A DNA stretch of 61,988 nt, the filler included, from Choristocarpus tenellus KU-1152 (lineage: Eukaryota; Protista; Phaeophyceae): NCBI GenBank assembly GCA_964200185.2. It is 10 parts of 10 records of this genome, joined end to end, with 100 filler letters (N's around TTAATTAATTAA, not from the genome) between each part and the next. Parts side by side here need not be neighbours in the genome. Positions count along the whole stretch, not along the records: positions 1 to 5,250 come from CAXNAD020011353.1; positions 5,351 to 10,739 come from CAXNAD020010948.1; positions 10,840 to 13,868 come from CAXNAD020022821.1; 7 more parts are not named here. The stretch is one strand, 5' to 3'. The notes beneath the pieces were generated by a model that saw only the letters and a list, made by a program, of their open reading frames with translations, ran no database searches and was not told the DNA's origin. Positions 1 to 11,136 of the stretch are shown here, in pieces. Position 1 is the first letter of the stretch, and the number at the start of each line of letters is the position of its first letter. The translations under genes and the position numbers were made by a program.

Positions 1-188
1 TGTAATTTGGGCTATCGTGTTTGTTAGGAAGTGTCAATATCCTTGCTCCGGACACATCTTTTCAGAACGTATAAATATTACCTACTCCGAAACATTTTGG
101 AGTAGGAAAATGTCATAAAACCCCGAGGGAAGCCAAGCCCAAATGGACAAACAGGGAAAAACTTGAACCCTCTAAGATACTTTCACTC
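1..188. mobile_element. MITE family A copy, truncated by window start
   Basis: Reverse-complement match to 7451-7709; ends in CCCTCTAAGATACTTTCACTC. Confidence 0.9.
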
Positions 189-1487
189 TTAGTTGGGAAA
201 AAAGTCTTCTCCCACCCTTTCTTCCTGTGTGTTCACGCACCCACTCTTTGACCTCGGCAAGGATGTCCTCGTCGCAGCCCAGAACGAAACGCCTCTCATA
301 GTGCCCTTTTCCAACACCTTGATGTGACCCTTAGTTAGGAAGTCTCTCTCCCATTTACTCACAGTTTCCGACCTGACCACATATCCTGCTGCCATCTCGA
401 GCGTCGTTTGATGGTCTTTCCCGTCATTCATACACAGTTTCATGATTTGCAGTGTTAGAGCCTACTATCACATTTCCTTGTTGAGCACCCGAAATAGGCC
501 TCGTCCGAGTTTCCTGGGCGGGTGATATTTTATCAAGATGCAAGGGCGAGGGAGGACAGACTTGAGTTGATCGAAAATTATGTCGATTTTTCGAATGAAT
601 ACAGGCGGGGAGAAAGCCTTAATCAACTTCATACGTCCCACCCTTAGTCCAGGGGAACAAAAGTGAATGTACGGCATCTTGCAAGAAGTGGGAGACACCA
701 AACCATCGGTGTGCAAATAGTCTAAATCTCACCTCCTGTTCTTCCCTGGCGTCCTCGTCGATGGCTACCTCCACCTGCTTCACGACCTCTTCTAAGTAAA
801 GGATTTGGTGGTATCGAAACGTCTCCAGGGCTGCCTTTTTAACGATCGCTTTCTCCTCTGCCTTGCGAGTCCTTTCGACCCTCTTTCGGGCTTCAGAGTC
901 CTTGTACCCCAACCCTAACACCTTCTTTCTCGTTTCCTTAAGTCACACCGGCTTGCAGAGCTTCCAAACAGCCAGGGTCTGCTGCAACTGTCGACTACTA
1001 AGATATTCTACATCCAGGTTTTCGCTTAGGCGTTTCTTGAGAGCAATGGCATGCAGTCGCACTGCTCTCTTGCCCAACCTTCCCTTCTGCCGGCCATTCT
1101 GGTTCTCCTTTCGCCCGCCGCGACTAGGCTTCCCCACAGACTTCGTCATTGTACCACCTAGTGATGGACTCACTGTTCCCTTCGTGCTTTGCCGAGGTGG
1201 CAGAGACTGCAGAGCAGTGCTCCGACGTGGTTGAAGATCCAACCACGTTTGTGTGGTAATGCTTTCCGTGCATCTTCTCTCAGCATCAGTGTCGTGGTTG
1301 CGTGATCCCTGCGCGATTTGATCATGCTGCTGCGCCACACTACTCGCACTTTCTCATCACCTAACATTGCACTGAGTGTCACACGGCACTTGCTTTTCTG
1401 TCGTCTCTCGATAGAGAAGGTGCCGAGGGTAAATCCAGGGGATAGAGTGGCCTCGGCAGCTCTCCTTGTCTCACTGTCGAGGTCCAT
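189..1487 (-). pseudogene. Frameshifted intronless ORF series, probably the N-terminal part of a decayed DNA transposase
   Basis: Five near-abutting minus-strand ORFs (1170-1487, 943-1338, 619-921, 468-716, 189-443) of charged or basic composition. They end in an HTH-like segment (LEMAAGYVVRSETVSKWERDFLTKGHI) cut by a MITE. No catalytic motif is visible. Confidence 0.35.
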
Positions 1488-2057
1488 GTTGCTCTGTGGG
1501 TCGCGTGTGTGCTTGCTAACAGAAAGTCTACAAAAGACGTTAAAACGATGTTCGCAAATCTTGCTTTTTTTGTTGGTATCGCCACAAGGTCAAACTTGGG
1601 TAGTGACCTTAGCTGCATCATGTTTTTGCGGGGAGTTCAGCCAACCACTTCATTTTTGTACCTTTTGAAGTCGAGACCTTCAAAACTGCGCTGGAGTTTT
1701 TCCCTCGCGTTTTTCCCATTACCTGACAGTCTGGAACTTCATGGATACAAACCATCTAAAGCTCTTGATTTGATATATATTTTGTTGTGTAATTCTTGTG
1801 GGGTTTTGGTGAAAAAAAGCAAGATTGCCACAGAGGGCGAAGCTATTGGTACCACCCTTTTGATTTTTGATTTTACGTGTGTGGAAAATGTCACAGAGCA
1901 TCATATATAGGACTACACTAAATGACAAAAAAGGGTAAACTCACACTTTGAAGTTGAAGAAAAAAAGGTAATGTTATATATATTATCTCCTCACATTTTA
2001 CAGATGTGTAACGAACAAAGGGAATTCAATATCATAGCAACCCCTGGAAAAGCAACA

Positions 2058-2510
2058 ATCGTCGTAAATGTGAAAGATATCTCTCCAAAACCTATTACTA
2101 TTTGACTACCACGTATACTATACCACTCCAATAAAAGCTCGTAATTACAACGTTATGTGTAAACTGCTGCTATACCTTCAACCTTAGCCATACACTACAG
2201 GATGAGGAGCTAGGGAAACATCCAAACAATCTGACAAGTCCCTCCTTGCCCATCTCCCTAGTATCTCCAGCTTGAAACGCATGACATGTCTTGAGAGAGT
2301 CAGTTGTGTAGTGACAGACACTGTCGATAAACAGGAATTGTCAGCCCTTTGACATTTTGCAGATGTATCAAGGAAAACGCCAAACGAATATCACAAGACC
2401 CTTGTAAAAGTAACCGTTGTCGAAAATGCGAAAGATATCTCTCCAAAATCTATCGACTATTTGAGTACCAGTTACACTACACAACACTCCCTTAAAAGCT
2501 CGTAGTAAAA
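2058..2510. repeat. Diverged direct duplication of about 90 bp (2058-2147 and 2417-2510)
   Basis: Both copies read AAATG(T/C)GAAAGATATCTCTCCAAAA...ACTATTTGA...CACTCC...TAAAAGCTCGTA. Confidence 0.8.
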
Positions 2511-3239
2511 ATAAAGAAGGTAATTGTGGAAAGCAGGGTTGTCTGTTATCATACTGAAATACAGATTGAGGTTCCTTGCCAGGAATCCCAAATTCCAGTG
2601 GGGGATCTTTCGCACAGTATCGTATGGTTGAGGTGGGGAATTTTGTGGTAGAAACCAATCTCGCAAGTTATGCACATCTCTTCAGTCAGAGATGTCAAAC
2701 AAAAAAAATTATCTTTGTTGGTTCGTCTTGGTTTCTGATGATCCCCTCTCATGAGATTCTGATCACTCTGGAATTCCCTGCAATTCCCTGCAGTCTTCGC
2801 ACTTGTCCAACATGAACCTTGTCCTCTCGGTTACGGTTTGTCTTGGTCCATCTGGTTCGTCTTGCCCGGTGATTCTGTTCACCACCCTTGCCTCAGTGAA
2901 TCACACCGCCACAGAATCATACGATTCATATTGGCATCACCGGTGAATTCAGACATAGGATGAATTCCTTCTTCTGATCTTCGGCGCTTGGCTTGTTTGG
3001 TCAATTGTTAAACAAATTTTTCACTCATTGTTATCAACAAGAACACACCTTGCTGAACTTTTGAGGGAGCAACAGAAGAAGAGGAACATAAAATTGATGA
3101 GAGCGAATCAGTGGAGGACATGGAGTCATCAATGAGTCGTGACTCTGACTCAAATTATTCTAATCACTCCTCAACGTTGTCCAACAATTCAAATGTGTGA
3201 ATCGTAAACGTTGACCTCCCCCATCTCCCCAAACAGATC

Positions 3240-4270
3240 ATTGTGGTTGTGCAGGAACAATGCCAGCGGCCCTCAAGCATCGTGTCAGCTTGGGCAACTG
3301 TGACACCCATTGTGTCCTTTTTGAGGACAATCGTGTTTCCTCACCACATTCAACCGCTCGTGAGATGGCCACTTCACAGGCACAGTTCGTCAATGCCATC
3401 CCTGCGTTCATTATGCACCACGTCAATGAGTCCACGAGAACAAATGCTGGGTCACTTGAATGGCTGTCAGGATCTCCTGAAGTCCCAGGCTTGTCGACAA
3501 ACTGCGCGTTCCTCATTCGGACTTCGTCCACACCAACGAGAGAACCAACATCTCCAGACAGAAAGTGAAGTGTCACCGAGCAGGGGAAACAACCCTGATC
3601 AGGTCCTCATCGCGGTTGTTGGTGTGTCATCCTGTGACAGCCTGTCCGGCTGACCATTCAACGTCACAACCCCATTGTCTACCTCATCATGCAGAGTCCC
3701 CGACTATGCCCTATGTTCATGTTGATGTACAGCTCAATGTGAGACAAAATAGTCCCTGCCATTACCCTGGTTGCCAGGCAATGACTCATGATGGTCACTC
3801 GACCCAGTCGTTCCTGGATAACCCAGATAGTACTCATAGGCTGTTCTTACAACGTTGGGGAAGAGGTTAAATGTCATGGTTGTGAGGATAGACAGCCAGT
3901 TGCTGGTCACTATTCTCCTCGTCCCTACGTGTACCCAGATGGATTTGTCTCCTGTCCATTTGGGAGTGAACATGGTACAGTCAAACACCATTGTAGGAAG
4001 TGATAAATGTCGGAGGTTGACGCCAGTCACACCAATTCCTCCCCAGACATCGTTTATTGCCTGTCCGTCTGTCACCAAGCATTTTTCTTTGCCTTTAGTT
4101 CGACCAAGGTCGTACCATAATAATCAAAACAAACTTGGTTCAAAAGTTCTTTGTGCAGATACCCATCTACTCAAAAAATATATCGCTTTCGTCACAAAGG
4201 GTTCATGCATCTGGCATTGTCAAAGAATAAGACTACGACTTAACCATTGGCACAGCAAGTGATGTGCCAT
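3240..4270 (-). mobile_element. Possible decayed Copia pol remnant (post-integrase region)
   Basis: Intronless broken ORFs with a weak match near 4070-4110 to the Copia 'KL-x-K-A-x-K-C' segment. Poorly supported. Confidence 0.25.
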
Positions 4271-4335
4271 GCATTTCAGAGGTATTTGTTCACAATCATC
4301 CTCAACTCAAACATTTCGATGTATATCCTGGGAAA

Positions 4336-4592
4336 TATCCAAAGTATCTTAGAGGGAAGAACCGCGTCCGTTTGGGGGTCAAAACCAATGTTGCGATTTT
4401 GATGTAAATTTGGCCGTCATGTTTGTTAGGAAGTGCCAATATCCTTGTTCTGGACACACCTTTTCATAACGTATACTTTTTCCCTACTCCGAAACATTTA
4501 GGAGCAGGAAAATGTCATAAAACACTCGTGGGAAGCCAAGCCCCAAACGGACAAAGAGGGCAAAACTCGTACCCTCGAAGATAATTTTACAT
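4336..4592. mobile_element. MITE family A copy with eroded termini
   Basis: Full-length internal match to 7451-7709 in reverse orientation; CCAAAGTATCTTAGAGGG at the left end; no clear TSD. Confidence 0.88.
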
Positions 4593-5250
4593 ATTCCATG
4601 CCTTATATTAGACCAACACACTGAACCCACACACCCACGGAATCGTATCGTCATTGCTCAAAGTCTCAGTACTTGGCTAGCAAAGTAATAGATCAGTATT
4701 GGTTCAATTGGCAAGTTCAACTACACTTAGGGTTTGTGTCAAGAAATATATTGTGATTGGCCACTCGACTGCAATTTCTGATGAGTAACCGCTCACTGTT
4801 AGTGCTCTGAATACTGATTCTGTCTCATTCAGTGAAGCTGGAGAGGAGTTACATCAACGTTCAATGAGATAATTGCGTTTAAGGATACTATGTTCGATCA
4901 TTCACAAGTGTTAAAACATAGGCTACTCATCTGTTTTTCCTTGATACGAAACAGTTCCACCAGTCAATACTGACTGTTGATTGGTCTGTTACGCACTGGT
5001 CGTCACTGTCACTAGTTCATTCGAGATTTTCACAACAGATGACCCCTCTTCCACACCCAATCCAAACGGCGGCAACCATCCCAGCTCCAAAATTTGAACC
5101 CAATGGCAACTTCCCTAAGCCATAATTACACAGTCTACACCCACTCAAGCGCCAAGCGCAGGTCCTGAATGCATTTTATTCCAAATTACATAAAAAAAGG
5201 ACGGTGACTAGGTCGAAGTATCTGGGGGGGGGGGAAGTTCGTCCACGACT

Positions 5251-5350
5251 NNNNNNNNNNNNNNNNNNNNNNNNNNNNNNNNNNNNNNNNNNNNTTAATT
5301 AATTAANNNNNNNNNNNNNNNNNNNNNNNNNNNNNNNNNNNNNNNNNNNN
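5251..5350. other. Artificial contig-joining spacer (first of nine)
   Basis: N44-TTAATTAATTAA-N44, which stops all six frames. It recurs at 10740-10839, 13869-13968, 17311-17410, 35812-35911, 40467-40566, 44317-44416, 47832-47931 and 52900-52999. Separate 10-N scaffold gaps lie at 23173-23182 and 33147-33156. Confidence 0.98.
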
Positions 5351-5615
5351 GCGGCACAAGGCATGGCTTCCACTCTCTTCCCCTACCAGCAACGTACTGT
5401 ACTGCTGTGTGGTCATGACTCAGGAAGAAAGGCACTTTCCGCGATAAATTTTCAAGCGCGCGCCAAACTCGCGTGAATATCTCCCCGATTCTGTACCAAA
5501 TCGCCCGAATACGAGAATTCCAGTACAAAAGCCTATTCTTTTGAGTATGTCGAAAAAAGCGGTACAAAAATGGGGTTGGTATATAATATTTGGTATAAAA
5601 TAGGTGTAGGTACTG
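5351..5615 (-). mobile_element. 5' end of a Tc1/pogo-type DNA transposon
   Basis: The minus strand starts TA|CAGTACC at 5617-5615. An ATG at 5364 reads MPCA before the contig ends, the same start as the element at 10840-11433. Confidence 0.6.
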
Positions 5616-5939
5616 TACATAATCCGGATGTACTATCTCATTGGTTACATCACATGGACTCAATTCAACACAATAATCTCATATACACAAAATAAGGTAC
5701 ACCTCACTATTGTCCTATTTTGCACAGTTTTGACCCAGAACTCCTCGTCCGCTGTCTGTGCAGCCTTAAATAGCGAACCTTCTTCCGTTCCCAGCAAACA
5801 CAGTACCTCGTTCGTTCCCAAAAAGCAAGGCATCAAAACCCGTTCGATCAGTCACATCCGTTCCCCAGCCTGTTCTTTGATCCCCACTTGCTCTACCCCC
5901 AGACAAGGCGAGCAATAGAAGTCGGCACGATTCGGGCAA

Positions 5940-7440
5940 AGGCTTACCTCTATCATCTTCCTCCCAGGACGAAGTCGATATACGGTTAAAGGCCCCCCGA
6001 GTATGCTTTCATCATGCCCATGGTCAAGATTGCGTCACGTCCATAACTGACGAGTCCAGGTATACATAAGACTCCTTCGTTCCCATACCTTTCGGGAACC
6101 CACCGAGGACCTGCGGGTACTCAATCTACTGCAGAGTCGCGTACGATGGTAGCCTTAAAAGATGCACATCTCCAGTACTTAGCAGCGATGCAAGACTCAA
6201 AAATCCCTCCACTATTTGCGGGAAGCCCAACCGATTCGGACGCTGGAGAGTCGTCTTGAAGTTACACCAAGGAGTCTGAGCTTCCAGTCATATCATTCCA
6301 ACTATAGACATTTAGACTTTCATTTCCACCTCGATAATATTCACCATGACACCGACCTATGGTACTACTCAAGTATGGACATATGCCCTGCTATGTTGTT
6401 CGATTAGACTCTTCCAAACTCTATCGGACAGTTACGGCAAAATATGTATGGAGTAACGGAACAATCAATTAATGGTTGAGTTATCCGAACCTTTTACTAG
6501 TGATTAGTTGAATGAGAATTCTTCTCATATAAAAGGAAATATTTCTGATTTTATGGGGCCTTACATGCCCCCCCTAAATTTAATCAATCACTCTACAGAC
6601 ATCAAGCAATCCGCCGGGTTTATCCCCTTTACCCTCTTTCATGATTTTGGGGATACTTTAACACCCCCCCTCCTCTGTGTGTGACTGATGGCAAAACCCA
6701 CCCTCTCGACGTTCTGCTGATCTGAGAGGACTGGCTTAGTCTGACGCTTGACCTTCTTCACCTTCTCGTGCTTGCACAGATCCCACTATAAGGCAAGGGA
6801 AAACCCAGCTTTGCCCACCCATTTGCAGAAGGATGTGCGGTGTACTGATGGGGCATCCCGAATGTCAAGGATGCTTGTTCAGCGCCACATTGCCCCTTGC
6901 AACGTCGTACAAGGTCCATGCATCCACTCCGTGCGATCTGGCTGCTATACTCCCTCAAATGATGGAAAACAGTGATTCGAGACATTCCAAAGTCCTTCAC
7001 GATGGCTGCTGCCATCCCCCAACTCATCTGAGTCTTGCGCCATCTCGCCTCCAGGCACTGCACCACCACGCTATGCTTTGTCGGGGTATTTGAATCTGGA
7101 ATCCGAACAGACTTCTGGGCTGAAGAATTGGGACCGAAGGGCGACAATGGGGATGAGCAAGCCGCTCGAATGACGGGGGGCCTTCATCCTAGGCATTCCA
7201 TAAGCACCCACTTCGACAGTTTCGTGAGGTTTTTGAACACTGTCAAATGTGACTTGGTTGACGTTGTACTGGTGATCTTCCACAGTCATGACCGCCCACC
7301 CACCTCGAACGCTGCACGCCTCCCAATCTATACGGAACTAAGTATCGTCCAGAGGGTTTGTCATATGGGTCGTTCCCTGACAAGAATGGAGCTTGTAAAT
7401 GTTATGTTACATTTGATTCCGAACGGACGAAGTATGTACT
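5940..7440 (-). mobile_element. Decayed Ty1/Copia pol remnant (integrase to RT)
   Basis: Minus-strand fragments 'ER..QTLWTILSS' (about 7330-7380, integrase-like) precede 'CIAAKYW..FKAT' and 'YG.TQS.PW' (about 6200-6010, RT-like). Integrase before RT is the Copia order. Many stops and frameshifts. Confidence 0.5.
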
Positions 7441-7450
7441 AATCGCGTAC

Positions 7451-7709
7451 GAGTGAAAGTATCTTAGAGGGTACGAGTTTTGCCCTTTTTGTCCATTTGA
7501 AGCTTGGCTGCACATGTTTTTTTTAATGACATTTTCCTACTCCGAAATGTTTCAGAGTAGGTAAGATGTATACGTTATGAAAAAGTGTGTTCAGAACAAG
7601 GGTATTGACACTTCCAAGCAAACACAATAACCGAAAATACATCGAAATTGCAGCATTGGATTTTGGCCCCCAAATGGACGCGACCCTACCCTCTAAGATA
7701 CTTTGGCTC
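7451..7709. mobile_element. MITE family A, full-length (259 bp)
   Basis: TIRs GAGTGAAAGTATCTTAGAGGGTA and TACCCTCTAAGATACTTTGGCTC, flanked by a GTAC/GTAC 4-bp TSD. Confidence 0.93.
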
Positions 7710-7753
7710 GTACGCATGTGTTTGACTTTAATTTGTATAATTCAAGTTGTGGA

Positions 7754-7934
7754 GACCCAAAGTATCTGGGGAGGGGAGTGGTCTACACCACGGTGTCCAT
7801 TTGGGTCAAAATCAAGAAAAGTGTGATTTACATTATCCATCCGACATATGCAACCAAATTACCCAAAAATCGCGACATGAAAAAATTGACCCCAAATGGA
7901 CAGCGGCCACCACCCCCCTCAGATACTTTGAGCC
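7754..7934. mobile_element. MITE family B, full-length (181 bp)
   Basis: GACCCAAAGTATCTGGGG ... CCCCCTCAGATACTTTGAGCC, flanked by GGA/GGA. Confidence 0.92.
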
Positions 7935-8699
7935 GGAATCAAATGGTGCTATAATATGCTGCAGCCACACATAGTACAGATTTTTCTCCTAGAGCTCACC
8001 CTTTTTTCGTTGGCCTCGAGTCATGCTTGTATAACTCTTAGACCTATCAAGAGGGGGGCTATGTGGAAGGCAGCGTTGTTGTTATCATACTGTTTGTTCC
8101 TATTAACCATATGCCACCATACCGTTTGAGGTTCCTTAGCATGAATCCTGGATTCTCGTCAAGGATCTTCAGTGAGATTCGTTGTCAAACATAGGGATAC
8201 AACCGTTCTACTGGGGCAGACACCTCCCAGAGTCACAACGAAGGTATGGACATAATCGAGGGGATTGAGGAGAAGTGTGCTGATCATAGGTTAAGAGGGA
8301 AAATTAATATGACTTCATCCTAGTCAACTTGTGTCTGGGGATGGCATCCCTATCTCTGAGGGAGATGACAAAGACGACGATAACGAGGACAATGACGCAG
8401 GGACTACGAACAAGGACCCAAAATATCACAAGGTGAGCGTCTTACGAACAATGATGTAGTGTGTATGTTCTTTTCTGAAATCAAGAACTGCACGCCTTTC
8501 TAGATTGTTTCGGTAAATTAAGCAAAAAAATGTACATAATCTTTGGTGTGATTTTGTGAGTCCAAAACAGGAATACAAGAAGAATCCCCTCTCAAGTACC
8601 CCGAACGTTTTTGAAATAGTTGGGCCCTCAGATCGTTGTTCCCTCCCTCCTTCTCCTTTTACACTTGTTGTACATAACACCGCACTCCTCCCGCAAACA

Positions 8700-9560
8700 C
8701 ACAATACAAGGATGACAACATATGTATAGGTGTTATTCCTGTGCATGGCGAGGTTCCACAGAGAGCTTCCCCACACTCGTTGTTGCTTTGTCTTCAATAA
8801 CTTCAACGATATCTTTCTTCTAACACCACAATACCACAACCTGGGAGGCTTGCCATTACAAGTACTGTATCACTTGTCTGCCAGACGGGTGTGGTGTGGT
8901 ATGGCCATACACCTTTGGTCTCAACATTACCCAAAGTATTTGAGTGGGTGGGGGGGGTCTACACCAGAGTGTCCATTTGGACCAAAACCAGGAAAAATGC
9001 ACTTTCATTTATCCATCCAACGTATGGAACCAAATCACCAAAAACTCGAGACATGAAAAAATTGGCCCCAAATGAACAGCCGCCACCCCCCCCAGATACT
9101 TTGAGCCACATGGTCATTGGCACCAGGACTTGATCCAGCATCATAGCGTTCTTCAATTTCTTCTTTGGAGTAATCTTCCCCGCAACTCTATGGATAAAGG
9201 GCCTAAGGGGAACAGGAAATGTGTAAAAGGCCGGACATGGGCACACGACTTCGTGGTTGTCAGCGCCAACACTACCCAAGACAACCAGTGTGTGCAGTAC
9301 TCACTGGAGAAGCTCTTCAATGAGTACTTGAAGCGCATTTCCTGAAGTATGGACAGGAACTGCTGGTGCTCCACATCTGGACTGAAAGGTGTGGAAGCCA
9401 ATTCAAGAACCAATGGCAAATGTGGTGGTGTGCCAAGGCCTTCGAAAAGGCTTAGGATCGTCATAACATGAAATTCCTTTTCCGACGCACTAGGGGCTGC
9501 CTCAAAGTTCTCAAGCTCAGCGGAGAACAGATGCCGAAATCTTTGTTGAAACCTGAATCG
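8700..9560 (+). pseudogene. Decayed Sola2-like DDE transposase, interrupted by a family B MITE
   Basis: After removing 8928-9107 and allowing frameshifts it reads HHNTTTWEACHYKYCITCLPDG...HQDLIQH...FVVVSANTTQDNQCVQYSLEKLF...LHIWTERCGSQFKNQW (WTERCGSQFKN at 9378-9410). This is collinear with Sola-type motifs QDEIQS, ISDD-x-x-HD and WSDGC-x-x-QFKN, recalled from memory. Confidence 0.65.
8928..9107. mobile_element. MITE family B, full-length
   Basis: Matches 7754-7934; ACAT/ACAT 4-bp TSD. Confidence 0.92.
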
Positions 9561-9754
9561 AATGACCCGTGAGAAGGAATAGTAGCGGTGACCATCTGGA
9601 TCCCAGCCGTCTGGCGGAACTGAGATAGTCATGGATGTGGCGTCAGTGTGAGTGATAGTAGATGGGGATGTTGAAACCTGAATCGAATGCATTGTACATG
9701 TAAGCAAAATGCGTAGGCTAAGGTGTCGTCCGTATACACTAACGAAGTAGTGTT

Positions 9755-10035
9755 AGGGTTGTTGTGAGTGATGTCCATGGCGTTCTGCATACATGAAACG
9801 ATGTGCTCCTCCGTGGTTGTAAGTAGTGCTGTCCATGGCGTCAGCCGACACGAACTAAGTAAGTACTGCTCTACGATTTTAAGTAGTGATGTCCATGGTG
9901 TCTTGGCCTACGAACAAAGTGCTGCTCTGTGGTTGCAAGTGGTGATGTCCATGACGTCTTCGTACACGAACGGAGTGGGTGTTGATGTTGTAAGTAGCTA
10001 TGTCCCTGACGGTGTGCGTACTCGAGTGAATGAAA
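9755..10035. repeat. Degenerate minisatellite, period about 55-60 bp, about 5 units
   Basis: The core GT(A/G)GTG(A/C)TGTCCATGG...ACGAAC recurs near 9773, 9831, 9891, 9946 and 10003. Confidence 0.7.
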
Positions 10036-10204
10036 CACAGCTTCCCTGATGGTGTGTTCGTACAGATTAGCAACAACACTGCTGTGTGGCAAGAGTGGGA
10101 GATAGGGTGATGGATGGGTGTGATTCCTGGTACAGGGGGTGTTGTGGGGGTAAGTGGTGGGTTAGGAGCCATTTGGACGTGAAGGTGCCCATGGGAAAGT
10201 CGGA

Positions 10205-10361
10205 TTGGGGGGGGGTCTTGGGCAGGTGCTGCGATGTGGTAGTGGGGGGTCTTGAGCAGTTTCTGCGATAGGTGGGGGTGGGTCTTGAGCGGGTTCTGTG
10301 ATGTGTTGAGGGGTGAGTCTTGAGCAGGTTCTGTGGTGCGGTAGTGGGGGTCTTGAGCAGT
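10205..10361. repeat. G-rich minisatellite, period about 35 bp, about 5 units
   Basis: Repeated GGGGGTCTTGAGCAGG-TTCTG units. Confidence 0.8.
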
Positions 10362-10739
10362 GAGTGAAAGTATCTTAGAGGGTACGAGTTTTGCCCTTTT
10401 TGTCCATTTAGGGCTTGACATCCCATGTTTTTTCTTGTGACATTTTCCTACTCCAAAATGTTTCGGAGTGGGTAAGATGTATACGTTATGAAACGGTGTG
10501 TTCGGAACAAGGATATTGACGCTTCCAAACAAACACATTAGAGTGAAAGTATCTTAGAGGGTACGAGTTTTTCCCTGTTTGTCCGATTGGGGTTTGGCTA
10601 CCAATAATTTTGTTTTTTACATTTTCCCATTCCAAATCTTTTCGGAGTAGGTAAAATATATGCGTTACGAAAAGGTGTGACTGGAACAAGGATATTGACA
10701 CTTCCTAACAAATACGATGGCCAAAATTACATAAAATCG
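10362..10739. mobile_element. Two family A MITE copies; the second (from 10541) interrupts the first
   Basis: The left TIR GAGTGAAAGTATCTTAGAGGGTA occurs at 10362 and again at 10541. The first copy stops at about 180 bp and the second runs to the contig end. Confidence 0.88.
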
Positions 10740-10839
10740 NNNNNNNNNNNNNNNNNNNNNNNNNNNNNNNNNNNNNNNNNNNNTTAATTAATTAANNNNN
10801 NNNNNNNNNNNNNNNNNNNNNNNNNNNNNNNNNNNNNNN

Positions 10840-11136
10840 CAGAGTCACCCGTCCACGGGACGTGCATGCTGCTTTCTTGGCGGCTCCAGGCCCTCCCAAG
10901 GAAGATGCCGCACCAAGTTTGCACTTGCCCGCGGCAGCTTGCGAGGACTGGTTGGTAGACTGGTTGGCAGCAACGCATGTGGGGCAGATGCGGCGCAATT
11001 CATTGCTGCTCTCCGGCTCCACTTCACCACAGGTGCCGTGGAGCCGGCCACCACAACCTCCTTGGCATACATGGCCGTTAGGTTCTTTTGGGGTCATGTC
11101 GGGAAACAGGCATAGCTCACCTACAGCACAGGGCAT
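10840..11136 (-). CDS. Putative transposase N-terminus with a Cys/His-rich PHD-like finger (partial)
   Basis: MPCAVGELCLFPDMTPKEPNGHVCQGGCGGRLHGTCGEVEPESSNELRRICPTC...SRGRVTL; GC-rich, intronless and open to the contig end. Confidence 0.6.

Noticed and set aside
5251-5350. Recurrent TTAATTAATTAA palindrome as a biological motif
   Set aside because: It is always centred in an identical 100-nt N spacer, so it is a concatenation linker. Neighbourhood across spacers is meaningless.
9153-9707. 184-aa minus-strand ORF
   Set aside because: Antisense to the Sola-like transposase remnant, with no recognisable motif.
9879-10538. 219-aa ORF and similar short ORFs containing PSKILS or KLTPNGQ
   Set aside because: These are translations through MITE copies and minisatellites.
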